Source: Gracilinanus agilis (lineage: Eukaryota). Taken from it: DNA of 64,000 bases. Positions 22,586-36,530 of the stretch are shown here, one piece after another. The translations under genes were made by a program, and so were the position numbers. Every line of letters starts with the position of its first letter. Position 1 is the first letter of the stretch. The stretch lies in the NCBI RefSeq assembly GCF_016433145.1, contig NC_058130.1, positions 342,341,974-342,405,973 on the forward strand, given 5' to 3'. Under the pieces are notes generated by a model, which was given only the letters and a program-made list of their open reading frames with translations, was not told where the DNA came from and ran no database searches.

Positions 22586-24234
22586 TATGATTTGAGAACA
22601 AAATAGAACATAAAGGCCGGTGAGGATGCTTATGAAAAGCAAGTGGCAGATTGTGTAGCCAGAACTACACAATCCATGAAGTTGTAGAAGCAAGTTTTGC
22701 TGGAGATAACTAGGAATTTATTGTAATTGTTATAACACTTACCAGCCATTCATTCATTTCAGTTTGCTTGGATGAAGTATATAATTTTAGAATCAGCTTT
22801 TACCATATTCTGAAAAAACCTTTTCAATTCCATTTTTAAATGTACATTTTGGCGAACCAAAGAATAACTGACCAGTGTCTAAAAATTGTAATTACTCTTC
22901 ACTCTAATTCCTTTGTACTTGATCTTCTGACCTTTTCCTTTTCCTTAAAAATTTACATACATACACACATTACCATTAGGATAGTTGGTGAGGAAGCCTC
23001 ATTTCTTGCTATTTCCTATAATCATAGTGTCAGACCATATAATTACACTGTAGTTGTTGTATGTATGGCTTAACAAGGAAAACCCTTATACCCTATTGAT
23101 TGGTGAAGGATACTTCTTAAATTCTTTTCAGGTCATTTTAGAAAATATCAATAAATTATTCAAAATTCAGAAAGCATCTCTCAACTTCAAATGAATTCAT
23201 CAAACTGGAAGAGTTTGGAACCCTCCTTGCTAAGTTAATATTCATCGTACTGGGAGGACAAAGATGCATTTTGTTTTGAGGCATTAAGAGATCTGCATCG
23301 AAGAACATCTAGCTCCACTGCAGATATGCCCTGTCTTGTTTTGCATGGTGTGTTAATATGACAAAATCCTAAATCAAAGTGTGTTCGGTATATGTAAGAC
23401 CTGTAGAATTCAAGTGATGCATGTTTCTGTAATACATGTTTAGTTTTCCTGACTGTGGTGGAGTGAAAAGCCGATGATAGGTCTGTGTCTCTGTGCACCT
23501 ATGGGGTTGCTAGGGAATGATTTTCAAATGCTTCATAGTGCAGCAGATTGAACTTTTTTTTTTTTTTTTGAAGCATTGTCATGGAAACCAAGTGCATCAT
23601 TTCCTGGTCTGACTAATTTTTCTTTTTTAATAAAAAAAAAATAACCCAGGGTTAGCAGGAGTATAATAAAGAGACCCAGCAGCCTTATAGGGAAGAAGAG
23701 TGGAACTAATACATCTTTTTGCCATAGGAGAATTTAACTGTGTTAAAATCAGAAACAATCTAGGATTCATGTGGGCGTGTCTAAAGCAATTGGTGGAAAT
23801 TTATCAGTTTGCTTTGTTTTTCTTGTCTGTGCAGTAGAAAAATCATAAATTCAAAACATTGACTTATTGGGTTGGTATTTTTTTTTATATCAGTCACTGA
23901 TCTGCACATGAGGTTAAAGTAAAGTTGTAGGCAGGAGAAATCAGTGTTACTTTTAGCTGTAACAAGATTAACTGAGATTCTCCTTTTTTTTTTTCCTGAA
24001 GTAAATAGGGCTGGTAAGAATATCCACTATTGATTATTTTAACCCACCATTTAAAACAACAGCCCCCAGACTTTTTTGATTGTGCACTCTGGCAATAAAA
24101 AAAAAATTTAGATATGAATCTCCAATGCATAGATTGATTTATTGATAGTTTATATAAAGGTACAACTGTTTTAATAATTATGTACATTATACAATTTACA
24201 TAAAATAAGAAATGTAAAAAGTGTAATAATATTT

Positions 24235-24560
24235 GACCTTGGAGTCAGTAGGGAGTCATTCAAATCTGTTGAGTTGGAGAGTAACATGCCAGACCTCTGC
24301 TTTAGGACTATCACGGACAATTGCTGCAACCTGAATTGGAGTAGGGAGAGACTTAAGGCATGGAGACCAATTAGGAGACTATTGTTCTAGTCCATGTGAG
24401 TGGTGATAAAAGTTTGAACTATGGTGGACAGAATTGACAGAAGGGGACAGATCTAAGAAATGCTGAGAAGGCAGAAATGAAAAGATCTGGCAACTGATTG
24501 GATTATGTGAGATGAGGGCAAGTGATAAGTCCAGACATGGAGGTGATGGCTCCAGTACTG
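24235..24560 (-). mobile_element. L2 LINE fragment
   Basis: cagacctctgctttaggactatcac...ggagaccaattaggagactattg...gatctggcaactgattggat, matching L2 3'-region motifs. Confidence 0.8.
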
Positions 24561-27500
24561 ACCAGGGTTCTCCTTTCTCCATCTGCCTCCCTCCATACTC
24601 ATGTGGTTAGGCTAGATTTTCCCTCTAGCTGTAACTCTTTAGAGGCAGCTTCCTGATTCTAGTCTCTGGTTTGCGTTGATTTATGATCATCCAGAGACAA
24701 CGTGTCCTATTCACATGAGGTTGATGCCCTTCAGACTTGGTGGATGCCCAAAGATGATGAGAGTCACCATACCAAGCTGTGTTGAGGTGACAAATTTCCA
24801 TATGAAGACAGGTGGGGGGTCAGATCTGCCTTAGTTCAGTGCATCTGTATTTTGCTATTTTAGGGCTAAGTAAACTTCCTTTCTTTAACTGCCCAATGAT
24901 TTTTAAGTGTCTTATTTCATTTCAACATGAAATCGGAACTATGACAGTGCTAGTGTCAGACCCACCCTTAACACCAGGTAATTGAAAGGATGTTGATGTG
25001 CTCAACACTAATAGGGAAGATGGGAAAACTGATGATTTGGAAGAGGGGAGGGGAAAAGTAATGTAATGGGATCTGTGATGCAGATTACAATCCATCTATG
25101 CCACTTCATTTTTCATGACTCATTCTATTATGTCTCATCCTAAACAAAAGGGGGTGGTTTAGAGGTCTTATTTACCAGCAGAGGAGCCTACTGAAATCAC
25201 AAGGTGATCTTGGGAGCAGAGTGTGTTAAAAATGGTAGGCACTTGTTGAGTAAAAGAATGATTTTAATTTAAAGAAGTACTAACGTTCTTGAAATAATAA
25301 TTGTCAATATTTGCAGGAATCTAATGGGAGCTAGACCCAGAATTTTATCTTCTGAGGCCACATTGAAAGGAAAATCTTTCTTAAACATCTTGCTTAACTG
25401 TTCTACCTTTCAATATGAGGAGACAACATGACACAGTGGATGGAACTCTGAACAAGAACAAGACCCAAGTCTAAATCCCAGTTCAGACATTTACTATGCT
25501 GCATATCTTCAGCTAGTGACTCAACCTTAAGCCTCATTTTCTTTAATTATAAAATGAAGATTTTGATATCACTACTTCACAGAGGTGTTATATTAAGTAA
25601 GATAATGGAATAACGGACATAAAATGCTTTGCAAACATTAACACTCAATATAAATGTTGGGGATTATTATTATCAGGAATGGTGCTTTATAATTTACTTC
25701 CTGTTCATAAAGTCCTCTCAACTTTCACTTTGACTCTCTAGGGAAAGACAAAAGGCATGTGTTGGTGATGGGTATGGTTCTTTGGATGCCCAAAGTATGG
25801 GAGAAAGGGATATAGGATTTTTTTGTTTGTTTCTTTTCTTTTCCTCTCCTCCCCTCTACTTTCCTTTCCTCTCCTATCTTTTCCTCTCCTTTCATATCTT
25901 ATCCTCTCTTCCTTTTCTTTTTTTCCCCTTTCTAGATTGAATCTCCCTATCTCTGAATAGAAGTACAGCGACCATTATAGACCCAGTACTCCTACTGATC
26001 AGTCCAAAAGTTTTTATGTTTGCTTAAAAAGGTTTTCAAAAATTTCTTCAGGGTCAGTATCTTTTGTTGTTGCAGATAGCAGCTCTTCTCCATCTCTATA
26101 TGTGGACTTCAGGAGTAGCCATGGTGAAAAAGATTCATCATCTGATGACCAGTTTTCTAGTGATATGCCTCTCAGAACTTAGATAGTCTGGGTCCTCAGA
26201 TGACAGTCAATCAACAAACATTTATTGAGTTCTTTCTATGTGAACAAATGAATTGAATGAATTTATGAAATACCTATTATGTGCCAGGAATTGTTTGTGC
26301 AATGGAGGTACAAATACAAAATGTAGTATATATATTTTGAGCCAGTCTCTGCCCCCAAAGGAGTTTGCATTCTAACTGGGGGATATACATATGTGGTGGC
26401 TGGGAAAGGGAGTAGGCATAGGAATTATGAATAGTACTAAAGCAACTTTCATTTATTATCATGGCTATTTCAGTAACAATGATAGTATTGATTTAATTAT
26501 TATTCTCCAAGGTTACCTGGTAGATGGTGGTATGATTTGTGACAGATGATCTAGTCCCACCAAAATAGAGTAGGTGGGGTAGATTAGGCTTGATATAGTG
26601 GAAGTTTGTTCTCATTCACCTACCAATCAGACATGGGGTGGAGAAGGAGGTTTATGCATGATCTACTGAGGATGGGTCTGGAGAATGACCTTTCCAGTGG
26701 CACAGCAGGAGTCAGGGATGCAAAGACCATCCCCACCACCACCAAAAAAAAAAAAAACCACAAACAGAAAACAAAAAAGCAAACTACCAAAAAATTCAAT
26801 TCCCTAGTTTCAAGGATCCTTTATTCTACTGAGACAAACAACATATACCTACATGTGACAGATATAGAGTTAGTAGTTGGGCGGTGCTTGAAGGCTTTCT
26901 GTCCAAAAGTGGCATAATAATAACTGTGAAATTAATGAGCCTCTCTGGATTAAGACTTTAGTCCTTGATAGTTTTAGGAGGTACAAAAGCTATAAGCAGA
27001 TCAGAAGTGTACAGCATCTGTTAACTTGCAAGTTTGAACTTGCATTATGAAGAACATAAAACAGAGACATACTTAAGAAAATATATTCCTATTATCAAAG
27101 TTACCACTCATTGAAAGGAATAATTTGATAGTTGAAAAGAATGACTTTCTAGGGCCCAGAAAGAAATAGAGAATTCTTTTCTTTAATGTTTCCTATGCAA
27201 GAAAAGCGCTGTGCTCCCCATGTAGTCTCTCTCTTGCTTGTATCTTTGCTACCCCCCAATACTAATGTACATCCTGCTACATCTGTGCATATGTGCAGCC
27301 GTGGGTGGGTGACTTCCTCACTCCCATCTGTGCTTGAGTCAGGGGAATACCCCGACCCTCTGTGCGGTGTACATGTATGCCAATATCCTGGGTTTTTTAG
27401 GCAGTGGGCCAGGAAGGGTCTCTTCTGCTCATCAATACAAATAGATGATGTCTGCGTGGGAGCGTGTCCTTCTGTTCCATGTACACATGTGCAGAAATTT

Positions 27501-29734
27501 ATTAATACCTAAGCTTGGGAATATTCAGTACAGCCTGCCTTCTCCCCTTACCTACGCTCTATTTATTTCAGCTAAAAAGAAAAACAGCTTGGTGGATGTC
27601 ATATGTTAACTGAATTAGTCATTCCATGTTGCTCATGATCAGAATAGATGGGTTTCCTTTAGTCAACCAGCAAAGCAAAGGCTGGGGGCTGGTGGGCCGG
27701 GGAGACAGTAGAGGGTGATGGCACAGGCTAACTGGAACCTCACTTGCCCTGTTGAAAAATGGGGTTTTTCTCCTTGTGTTCAGTTTCATCATGGCTTCCT
27801 AGAGAATGCTCTGATGGCTATTGTAATAGTATTCTCTTGCATCCCTGGAAGGTCTTGTAGGTGAAATAGTACCTGCTTCGGCATCTAAAGATCTGAGTTA
27901 ATCTGAGCTCTGCCACTTATGGGACACTAGGTAAGTCACTCTGCCTTCTCTCAGCCTCAGTTTCCCCATCTAGAAAATGTAGGGGTTTGATTAAATGATT
28001 GCTAAACTTCCCTCTGGCTCTAAATCTAGGATGTCGTTCTTGGTCATTAATAAGTGTCCACCTAGCTGCCTATTAAAATCCATTATCTCGCAATAATCCT
28101 TTGAGGTACATACTGCAGATTTCATTGCATTCTGAAGGTCAGAGAGTCACAACTTCAAAGCCTGAAAGTAAAGAGGGTGCCAAAGGTGGGCCAAACTCAG
28201 GCTAGTACCCTGTAGGATCAGGTTTGATATTAAATGAAATGAGGCACTTTTAGGTCACTGAGTAGCCTTAGCCATAGCACAGAAAGGATATCCAGTGAGC
28301 ATACTTCCCCATTTAACTTAGGGTAGTTGTGCCTTTCCTTTTCCCAATATGGAACTATGTCTGGTCAGTACGGCAGGGCTTGGTGACTCACATGGCCTCA
28401 GGTCAACCGCTAAGTTGGCCCTCGTTACATGTGAATGGTTTTTTTTTTTTAATAGCCTTAGATGACCACGAGTCACTACCATATGGGCAGGGATTATCAG
28501 AAAGCTGTATCATGGTTGGTGCAGCTGGATCCTTAGACCCCTGAGTCCCTGGAGTCCTAGGAGACTCAGACCTCATTATTTTTTAAGGATGTTTTGGGGC
28601 AAAAAGAGAGAAATTCTGGTAGATTTGGTTCCTAAAATAGAATGGCTCCTAGATAACTAAGAAACAGGAAGGTTGATTAATGAGCAGCCAAGGGATATCT
28701 AGGCTCCTCTCATCTCCAGTGTTGTATTTCTCTTAATATGGGAGTCTGGATCATCCTCTTTGGAGACAGTACTTCAACACTATTCATTTTGCCTCCCCTT
28801 TGCTAGTTAGCTTGGAGGTAAACGGTAGCCAAACGTAGACCGTGTCATGATAGTTGTATCAGAGGCAGGAATCAGACACCAGCCAAAATAAGCATCCCAA
28901 AGAACATTTCTTTTTACTGAGCTGCACATGAAACAGTGGGTACTTTGTGAGGGGAAGTGATGGCATGCACATTTCCTAAACCTCTAATATATCTTCCTTT
29001 TCAAAAGTAGGTTCTTACCTACCAATCACATAAAATAATCCAATAGGGTCAAGTGAGCAATGTTCTATCAATTTCATAAATACTTTGGTCTGGCATGAAA
29101 ATATTGAGAATTTCTTGGCAAGAACTGCTTCTGTTATTGTTAAATTATGCATTTTGAGGCATTTTGCTTTTTTTCATGTATTTTTAGTTGTCATGCTATG
29201 CTTCTGGGCACTCAAGGAGTTGGAGTTTCATCTATCTTCCATTCCTAGTGCAACTAACCAGAACTCAGTTTTTGAAAATTGATTTGGGATAATGGCCTAG
29301 GAGGGATCTTTGAGATCATAGATTTAGAAATGAAAAGACCCCAGAGGCTATGTAGTCCAAATTTCTCAATTTATAGGTAAGGAAAGTGAGACCCAGAGGG
29401 GATAAGGAACTTGCTCAGGATTGCATAGATTTCAATCCCCTGGGTAGGGTTTGAGCCCATACTTTCTAACTGCAAACCCATTGATCTTTGCATTATACTA
29501 CAGCTTCCTTCTTTAAGTGGGGAGGAGTCTTAAGGTTCCACAGATGCCTTACTTCATTATGATACTGGCTAGCATTCATATAGCACTCTAAGGTTTGCAA
29601 AACACCTTACCACACCCGTGGGAGTTAGGTACAAATATTATTCCCATTTTAAAGATGAGGCAAACTGAGGCAGATGGAACATGAGTGACTTGCCCAACCA
29701 GGGCCACATTGCTAAGAAGTAGTTAAAGCAGGTG

Positions 29735-29960
29735 GGTAGCTAGGTGGCACAATGGATAGAATGCCTGACCTAGAGTCAGGAAGTTCAATCAGATCTCAGA
29801 CACTTACTAGCAGTGTGACCATGGGCAAATCACTTTACCCTGTTTATCTCAGTTTCCTCATCTATAAAATGAGCTGGAAAAGGAAATGGCAAACTACTCT
29901 AACATCTTTGCCAAGAAAATCTCAAGTGGAGTTATGAAGAGTTGGACAGGACTGAAAAAT
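29735..29960 (+). mobile_element. MAR1-type SINE
   Basis: gggtagctaggtggcacaatggatagaatg...aggaaatggcaaactactctaacatctttgccaagaaaa...gaagagttggacaggactgaa. Confidence 0.85.
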
Positions 29961-30761
29961 AATGGATTATGTTTTTTTTTGTTAGAATATAAATTCAGCC
30001 ATAGTGCTGTAACTAGCAGTTTTTTCACATTATGAAATGGGGGAGGAAGAGGGATATATACTTTTCTGCAGACTATGATGGGGTGGGATTATTGGGGGAG
30101 GGAGACTCAATTTTAAATACATCTCTCATCCTCTGGTAGCTACCATCAATTGTTTCTATATTGACAGGAGGTTACAAATACTTTCAGAACTCTCTTAATT
30201 TCAGAACTCTGGAGCAAAGCCCTAGACACCCTGCCCTAGTTTACAGTAATTGTTCTGAGATTGTAAAAAATATAACTATGATTGGAAAGCACTTGTTTAC
30301 TGGGCCTTTTGAACTCAGTGCCTCATGAATATCTCAAGCTCAACATATCCAAAGTAGAACTCATCTTTCCCTACAAACCCATCTCTCTCCCAAACTTCCT
30401 GATTTCTTCTGAGGTTACCACCTAGGTTTATAAACTTGATGCCATCTTTGACTCTTTCCTCCTCCTCATTCAACATAGCCATTATAATCATTAATAGCCA
30501 TTAAGTCTTATCATTATTCAGTGTTTCTTCTTGCTGACAACTTTTCTCCTACACTATTGTAATAACCTCCTAATGAGTTTCTGGACCTCAAGTCTCTCCT
30601 CTTCTACAATCAGTCCTTTAACACAGCTGCCAAAGTCATTATCCTGAAGCACAGGTCTGATTTGTCACTCCCTTATATGATAAAGTTAATTGGCTTTCTA
30701 TTACCTTTGTGACCAAATATAAAAGATTTGTTTGGCATTTAAAGCTCCTCATGCCCTAATT

Positions 30762-30956
30762 CAGTGATTCCCAAAAGTAGGCGCTACCGCCCTCTGGTGG
30801 GTGCTGCAGCGATCTAGGGGAAGCGGTGATGGCCACAGGTGTATTTATCTTTCCTATTAATTGCTATTAAAATTTGTTAAAAATTGATTTTCAGGGGGCT
30901 AAGTAATATTTTTTCTGGAAAGGGGGTGGTAGGCCAAAAAAGTATGGGAACTACTG
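30762..30956. mobile_element. hAT MITE (same family as 47904-48095, opposite orientation)
   Basis: Ends CAGTGATTCCCAAA / TATGGGAACTACTG. 8-bp TSD ccctaatt (30754-30761) / ccctaact (30957-30964). Confidence 0.92.
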
Positions 30957-31237
30957 CCCTAACTCAACCTACTGTTCTGGCCTTATTTCACATCACATTG
31001 CTTCATGCACTTTAAAGCCCAGCCTAACAGGGCTTCTTGTAGTTTCTCATACATTAACCTCCATCCCCTGTCTTAACACTGGCTGATCCCCATAGCTTAC
31101 CCTCCCTCCTTACTTCTGTCTCTTGGAATCCCTAGTTTTTCTCGAAATTAATCTCAACTACTGCTTTCTTCATGGGACCAGCTAGGTGTAGAGCCTCTCC
31201 ACCACCAACAAGAAATTATCTTTTATCTACTCTGTAT

Positions 31238-31665
31238 GTTGTGGTCTGTTGTCATGTCTAACTCTTTGTGACCCCATGGACCATGGCACATCAGACACCT
31301 CTATCATTCACTGTCTCTAACATCTGCCCAAGTTCATGTTCATTGCTTCCATGACTCTAACCATTCATCTCATTTTCTGCCCATTCCTTTCTCCTTTTGC
31401 ATTCAGTATTTCTCAACATCAGAGTCTTTTCCAGTGAATCTTGTCTTCCCATTATGTGGCCAAAGAATTTAAACTGCAGCTTCAGTATTTGACCTTCTGG
31501 TGAATAGTCTGAATTAATTTCTTTAAGGATTGACTAATTTGATCTCCTTGCTGTCCAAGGAACTCTCCAAAGTCTTCTCTAGCACTCCATTTCAAAAGAG
31601 TTGGTTCTATGGCACTTGGCTTTCTTTATAGTCTGACTCTCAAAGCCACGTGTTACTACTGGAAA
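31238..31665 (-). mobile_element. BovB-type RTE LINE, 5'-truncated 3' end
   Basis: Collinear with the recalled BovB 3' end: gactctttgtgaccccatggac...agagtcttttccagtga...gtggccaaag...gatctccttgctgtccaaggaactctc...ctttctttatagtc.gactctca...actactggaaaa. Confidence 0.88.
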
Positions 31666-32934
31666 AATTATTTTGTATATACTCATATAAACATAGAATT
31701 TCTCCTCTGATCAAAGGTAAACTTCTTGAGGACAGGACGTTTTTCCTATTTGCCTTTGTATTCCCAGCCAAGGACAAAACTGGCATGTGGTAAGCACTTA
31801 ATAAATGCTTATTGATTAAATAATCGATTGAATACTCATTCCCATTAAATGATTAGGCCTATTTTGGCCTAAAATACATCCAGAGTCCTTGTGATTTATA
31901 TAAATATCATGGGATCCAATCCAATGTTAAATTTTGCTGATGTTTCAATTAGCTAAAAACATCTTTGAAACTTTTTATGAGATTACAGAAGGGCAAGATA
32001 TTTTAAACTATGACATTTAATTTTAAATGGGATGGTGGTGTGGTAATGCAGAAACAAGCCTGAATTTGGAATCTGAGGAATTGCTACAAATCCCAACCTC
32101 TGCTACTTGCTACCTGTGTGACATTGGACAAGTCCCTTCATCTTTTTGTGTCCCTGTTTCCTCAACTATAAAATGAAAGGCTTGGTCTAGGTGACCTTTA
32201 AGGTCTCTTATATCCCTAAATCTATGATTCTATAGTCTGTTGTGGAATGTTTATTATGTATTTTAAAAGTCAGAATGGATTAACTTTAAGTCCTTCCTTA
32301 GAACATTATTTCATTAATACACTGGCTCATGTCAGGGCTACTATAAAATATTCTTGTAATAGTTATAATTTAGAATTTCCTTTACTGCATTAGTTATCTT
32401 TGCTGGCATTCTATTAAAGATACCCATTGCAACTAGTTGCTGAATGCCATTTTCTTACTAGGTTCCCAGCCTGGAGCCATCTTATTCTGTTCTGGGAGAA
32501 AGGAACAAACAAGCATATTATAATGTGTCTACTATGTGCCAGGCACTGTGCTAAGCTCTTTTTAGATATTGCCTCATTTGATGCTCACAACAACCTTTAA
32601 TGGAAGTGCTCTTAAGGTGCTTGTTTTATACTTGAGGAAACTGAGGCAAACAAAGATTAAGGGACATGCCCATGGTTACACAGCTAGTAAGAATCTGAGG
32701 CTAAATTTGACCTCATGTCTTTCTGATTTCAGGCCCAGTGCTCTATTTACTGTAAGACCTAGCTGACTACCTAGCATTGTGGATTTTTGACTTGGTCTGC
32801 TTTTGTGGATAGGTTAGTTGGGATCCACACTCAATGAATTTCTAGAGTGCATACCAGATCAAGAGCTAAATCTGGTTTCCTGTTTGAACTATTTAAAATT
32901 ATCTTTTTTCTTATTTTTCCAATTTATAAAAAGA

Positions 32935-33112
32935 TCTTTTGTCTTAGAATCACTATTAATTATAGGTTCCAAGGCAGAAGGGCAGTAAGGACAAGGCAAT
33001 TGGGTTTAAGTTATTTGCCCAGGGTCACACAGCTAGGAAGTATCTGAGATGGGATTTGAACTCAGGACCTCCCATCTCCAAGCCTGGAATTCTATTTCCT
33101 GAGCCACCTTTC
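32935..33112 (-). mobile_element. SINE1_Mdo-like SINE
   Basis: cttttgtcttagaatcacta...ttccaaggcagaagggcagtaagg...cccagggtcacacagctagg...ctgagccacc. Confidence 0.85.
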
Positions 33113-34024
33113 TGCTCCCTCTCCCCCCCCCCCTTTTTTTTTTTTTTACAAAATTGAGATATTAAATGGTTCTCTAATTTTCTACTCAGCAAACTTCTCG
33201 AAGGCTTGAGGACTGAGTCTCTCTTCCTTTGAATAATATGTAGCGCACCTCACGATGTGCTTTGTAATGACAGAATGTCTGTGGATTTCATTGTCATTCA
33301 ACAAGTATTTATTAAGCATCTATCATCTGCTAAATATCCTGCTAATACAGGGAATCAAAGGAAGGCAAAAAAGAAAAAACCTCTTTGCACTAGAGTGTAC
33401 ATCCTAATGGAGGAGCTTAAGGAGGAGGAAGTAAGAAGGGAGGAAAAGAGGAAAGGAAAAGGAGATGCTCTGTCTAGAGAATTAGGGATGGCTGGTCTGA
33501 GGCCCTTTTTAGAATGGAGGGCCTGGAAAGAACTCACCAGTGGCAGAAGGGGCCCATAAGAGCTATGCTCTCATTATTACTATTCAGATGGTACTGTCTA
33601 ATTTGTTGATGCTATTCTGGACAGTTACCAAGAATGCTTGAATAATCAGTCTTCTGTTGCAGAGAGAGAGAGAGAGAGAGCCCAGAACCCCTTCTCTTTC
33701 TATCTCCTTCTCCATCGTCCTCTCCCTACTCAAGAAGTAATTCCTTAGAGGACCACACTTTGAAGCACATTAGTAAGCATCATTCATTTCTGTGCTCTGT
33801 ACCTGAGCAGAAAACTTCAAGGTTCACTCTACCATCTCCTATAAGGGCCAAATTCTTATAAAAAATTAAAGGACCCTTCTAACAGTTTTTATTTGAATGA
33901 TTTAAAGAGGATATGAAGGCTGGTTTATTAAAAATTTTTTTTCTTCTATGTTGTCACAGAAATTTTTTATAGAGATGTATGGATAGTGTCCAAAGTCCCA
34001 GGGGGAACAAAGGGGAAATTTACA

Positions 34025-34222
34025 CTTTTTTTTAACCCTTACCTTCTGTCTTGGAATCAATATTCTATATTGGCTCCAAGGCAGAAGAGTGTAAGGACTA
34101 GGCAATGGGGTTCAAGTGACTTGCCCAGGGTCACACAGCTAGGAACTGTCTGAGCCCAGATTTGAACCTAGGCCCTCCCATCTTTAGGCCTGGTTCTCAA
34201 TCCGCTGAGCCTCCCAGCTGCC
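34025..34222 (-). mobile_element. Young SINE1_Mdo-type SINE
   Basis: T-tail + aacccttaccttctgtcttggaatcaata...ctcccagctgccc; degenerate TSD aatttaca(c/g)tt. Confidence 0.9.
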
Positions 34223-36039
34223 CTCGGAATTTACAGTTCTGATGAGTATCGGGAGGCCAATAGAAAAATCTTTTGGTTTCTACTCCTCTGCTTGGGGACC
34301 TCACAGTAAAAGGTGTGGACCCAGAGGACCAGATAGGCATAGTTAGGATAAGCAGAAACATTTTTAAAGGTCATCAAGTCTGCCACTACAGGGGATTCTG
34401 GAAGATACATCCAAGGCCATAAGGAAAAAAGCTATAGGAGAAATTCCTATTGAACCTGACAAGAAATCTTCTGAAATAAAGCTAAGGCTGGATAGTTCAT
34501 GTGTTTCCTTAATAATTTTGATTCTTTAGCATTCATGATAGGCCCTCAAGGACAGCTGTCAAAAATCTATTGAGCCATAACCAATAACTACTCAGATACT
34601 ATCATGAGAAAATTTAATGAGTCTCTCAAAAGCAAAATTCTCTGGAAAATAAAAAATACAAAGCAAAACAAAAACAAAACAAATGAAAACCTGGAATATG
34701 TTCTTCAGGTGATTAATAACTAGCATTATCAAAGGCATTTTGAAAAAATGTGTCCAGAGAATATTTATTAGGAAGGAGTTTGCTAAAATGCTTCATGAGG
34801 ATTTAATGCACCTTGAGGGTATTTAGCCAAGCATGAAATAAAACACAGATCACTGAAACTAATGTAGTCATAATTTTTCATTAGAAAATAACAAATCTCT
34901 AATGTATCCAAAGTGGTTCTGTTTTATCCTATCTTTTTACCTTTTTGCCTTTTTACCTCCCTCCTGGGTAGGAACAGGAAAGAAAGTATATGGTAACAGA
35001 AATTATATCCAAATCATTTTTAAGGGACTGGAACTTATACCTGTATTCTGTTAAATGAGCTTAAGGATTCTAAGAGGACGTGGAGAGCTTGTAGTTGAAA
35101 TTTAATAGTAAAAGGTCTAGAATTTAAGAATACTTTGAAGGATCAAGCTTTGTCAGTTGATAAAGCGCATTAAAAAAATCCATTCAATGAAAATAGATAT
35201 GAGAATGAAAATGCTTATTTCAAAGTAAAATTTTAATTTTATGAATTTTATGAGTTTATCAGTTGCTGTCTCTGGTCCTTCTAGTAGGAATTGGCAATTC
35301 CAAGGAAATATAATCATTAATTATCTCATATCTGTATATAAGAGGACAGAGTGCTGGGCCTGGAGTCAAGAAGACTTGTCTTCCTCAGGTTTACCTTAAA
35401 GTCTGTTGTTCTGTCTGAAATGACTAAGTCTGGGACTTCCCTCTCGGTGAGTTCTCAGGCGCCTGGGGCAGACTTTGGGTCTCCAGATTTCAAATTGACA
35501 TATGAAGAGTCAGACACAACTGAATAAGAGCAACTTGTGTATATAGCTTTATTATTTTGAAATGTTTTCACATACATTGTTTCATTTGATCCTCAGTTCT
35601 ATAAAGAAGATAGGACTTATTATTATCACCACTTTATAGATGATAAAATTAAGAATCAGAGAACTTCAGTGAATTATCTAAGGTCATATAACTAACTTAT
35701 AAATAATGAAGCTAATATTAAAACCCAACCTTGTGTACATATCAGGTGCCCCTCTCAGGCAAGATAACATCTTAGGAGCTCTAGGTATGTTGGCAGAGAA
35801 GCAGCAAGGTAGTGTCCTGCATAGTCTTGGAAATGGGGTCAGCAAGACCAAAGTTCAAACCCCACTCTAGATAATTACTAGCTGTATGACCCTGGGCAAG
35901 TTGCTTAAACTCTGCCTAAATTTCCTTATCTGCAAAATAATAATAGCACCTCCATATAGGATTATCGTGAGGGACAAATAGATTCCCAAATGTGAAGCAC
36001 TTTATAAGCCTTAAAACACTTTATAAAATCTAGCTAATA

Positions 36040-36477
36040 GAGAGTTCTCTCATTATAAACTCTTTCTTCTTCTTTCCTATTGTCAGAATTTCAGGATAAT
36101 GGTAATTTACTTTACTGTAATCCAACTGACTTCCTTGCCTTCAGTTTTGACCCTCTCCAGGCCGTATTAACCACTACCACCTTCATAATTACCATAAGGT
36201 ACCATGTCATCATATCATTTCCCTACCCCAAAACTGCAGTGATTCTCCACTGAGAGCAGGATAATGTCCAAACTCCTCAGCCTGCTGGAAAATCTCTTTA
36301 GTCTGAACTCACTCTGGCCAACTTTATCTCTTATACAAATCCTTTTATCTATTCCTTAAAAACTATTCTCATTCCTACTCTTTCTCCATCCTTCTAAGTA
36401 TATGGTTCTCAGATCTGGACCACCTTTTTTCTCTTTCCTCTGGCTATTCAAATCTTACTCACTGGCCAAAGTACTGC

Positions 36478-36530
<53 letters not shown>

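Larger units (their letters stand above)
30320..31810 (+). mobile_element. L2 LINE 3' region hosting a hAT MITE and a BovB-type fragment
   Basis: atctcaagctcaacatatccaaagtagaactc...ctctcctcttctacaatc...cacaggtctgatttgtcactccc, and the L2 end ttgaggacagg...gtaagcacttaataaatgcttattga. Confidence 0.85.

Noticed and set aside
22649-22674. Perfect 10-bp hairpin gattgtgtag-ccagaa-ctacacaatc
   Set aside because: About one such stem is expected by chance in 64 kb of AT-rich sequence, and it does not extend.
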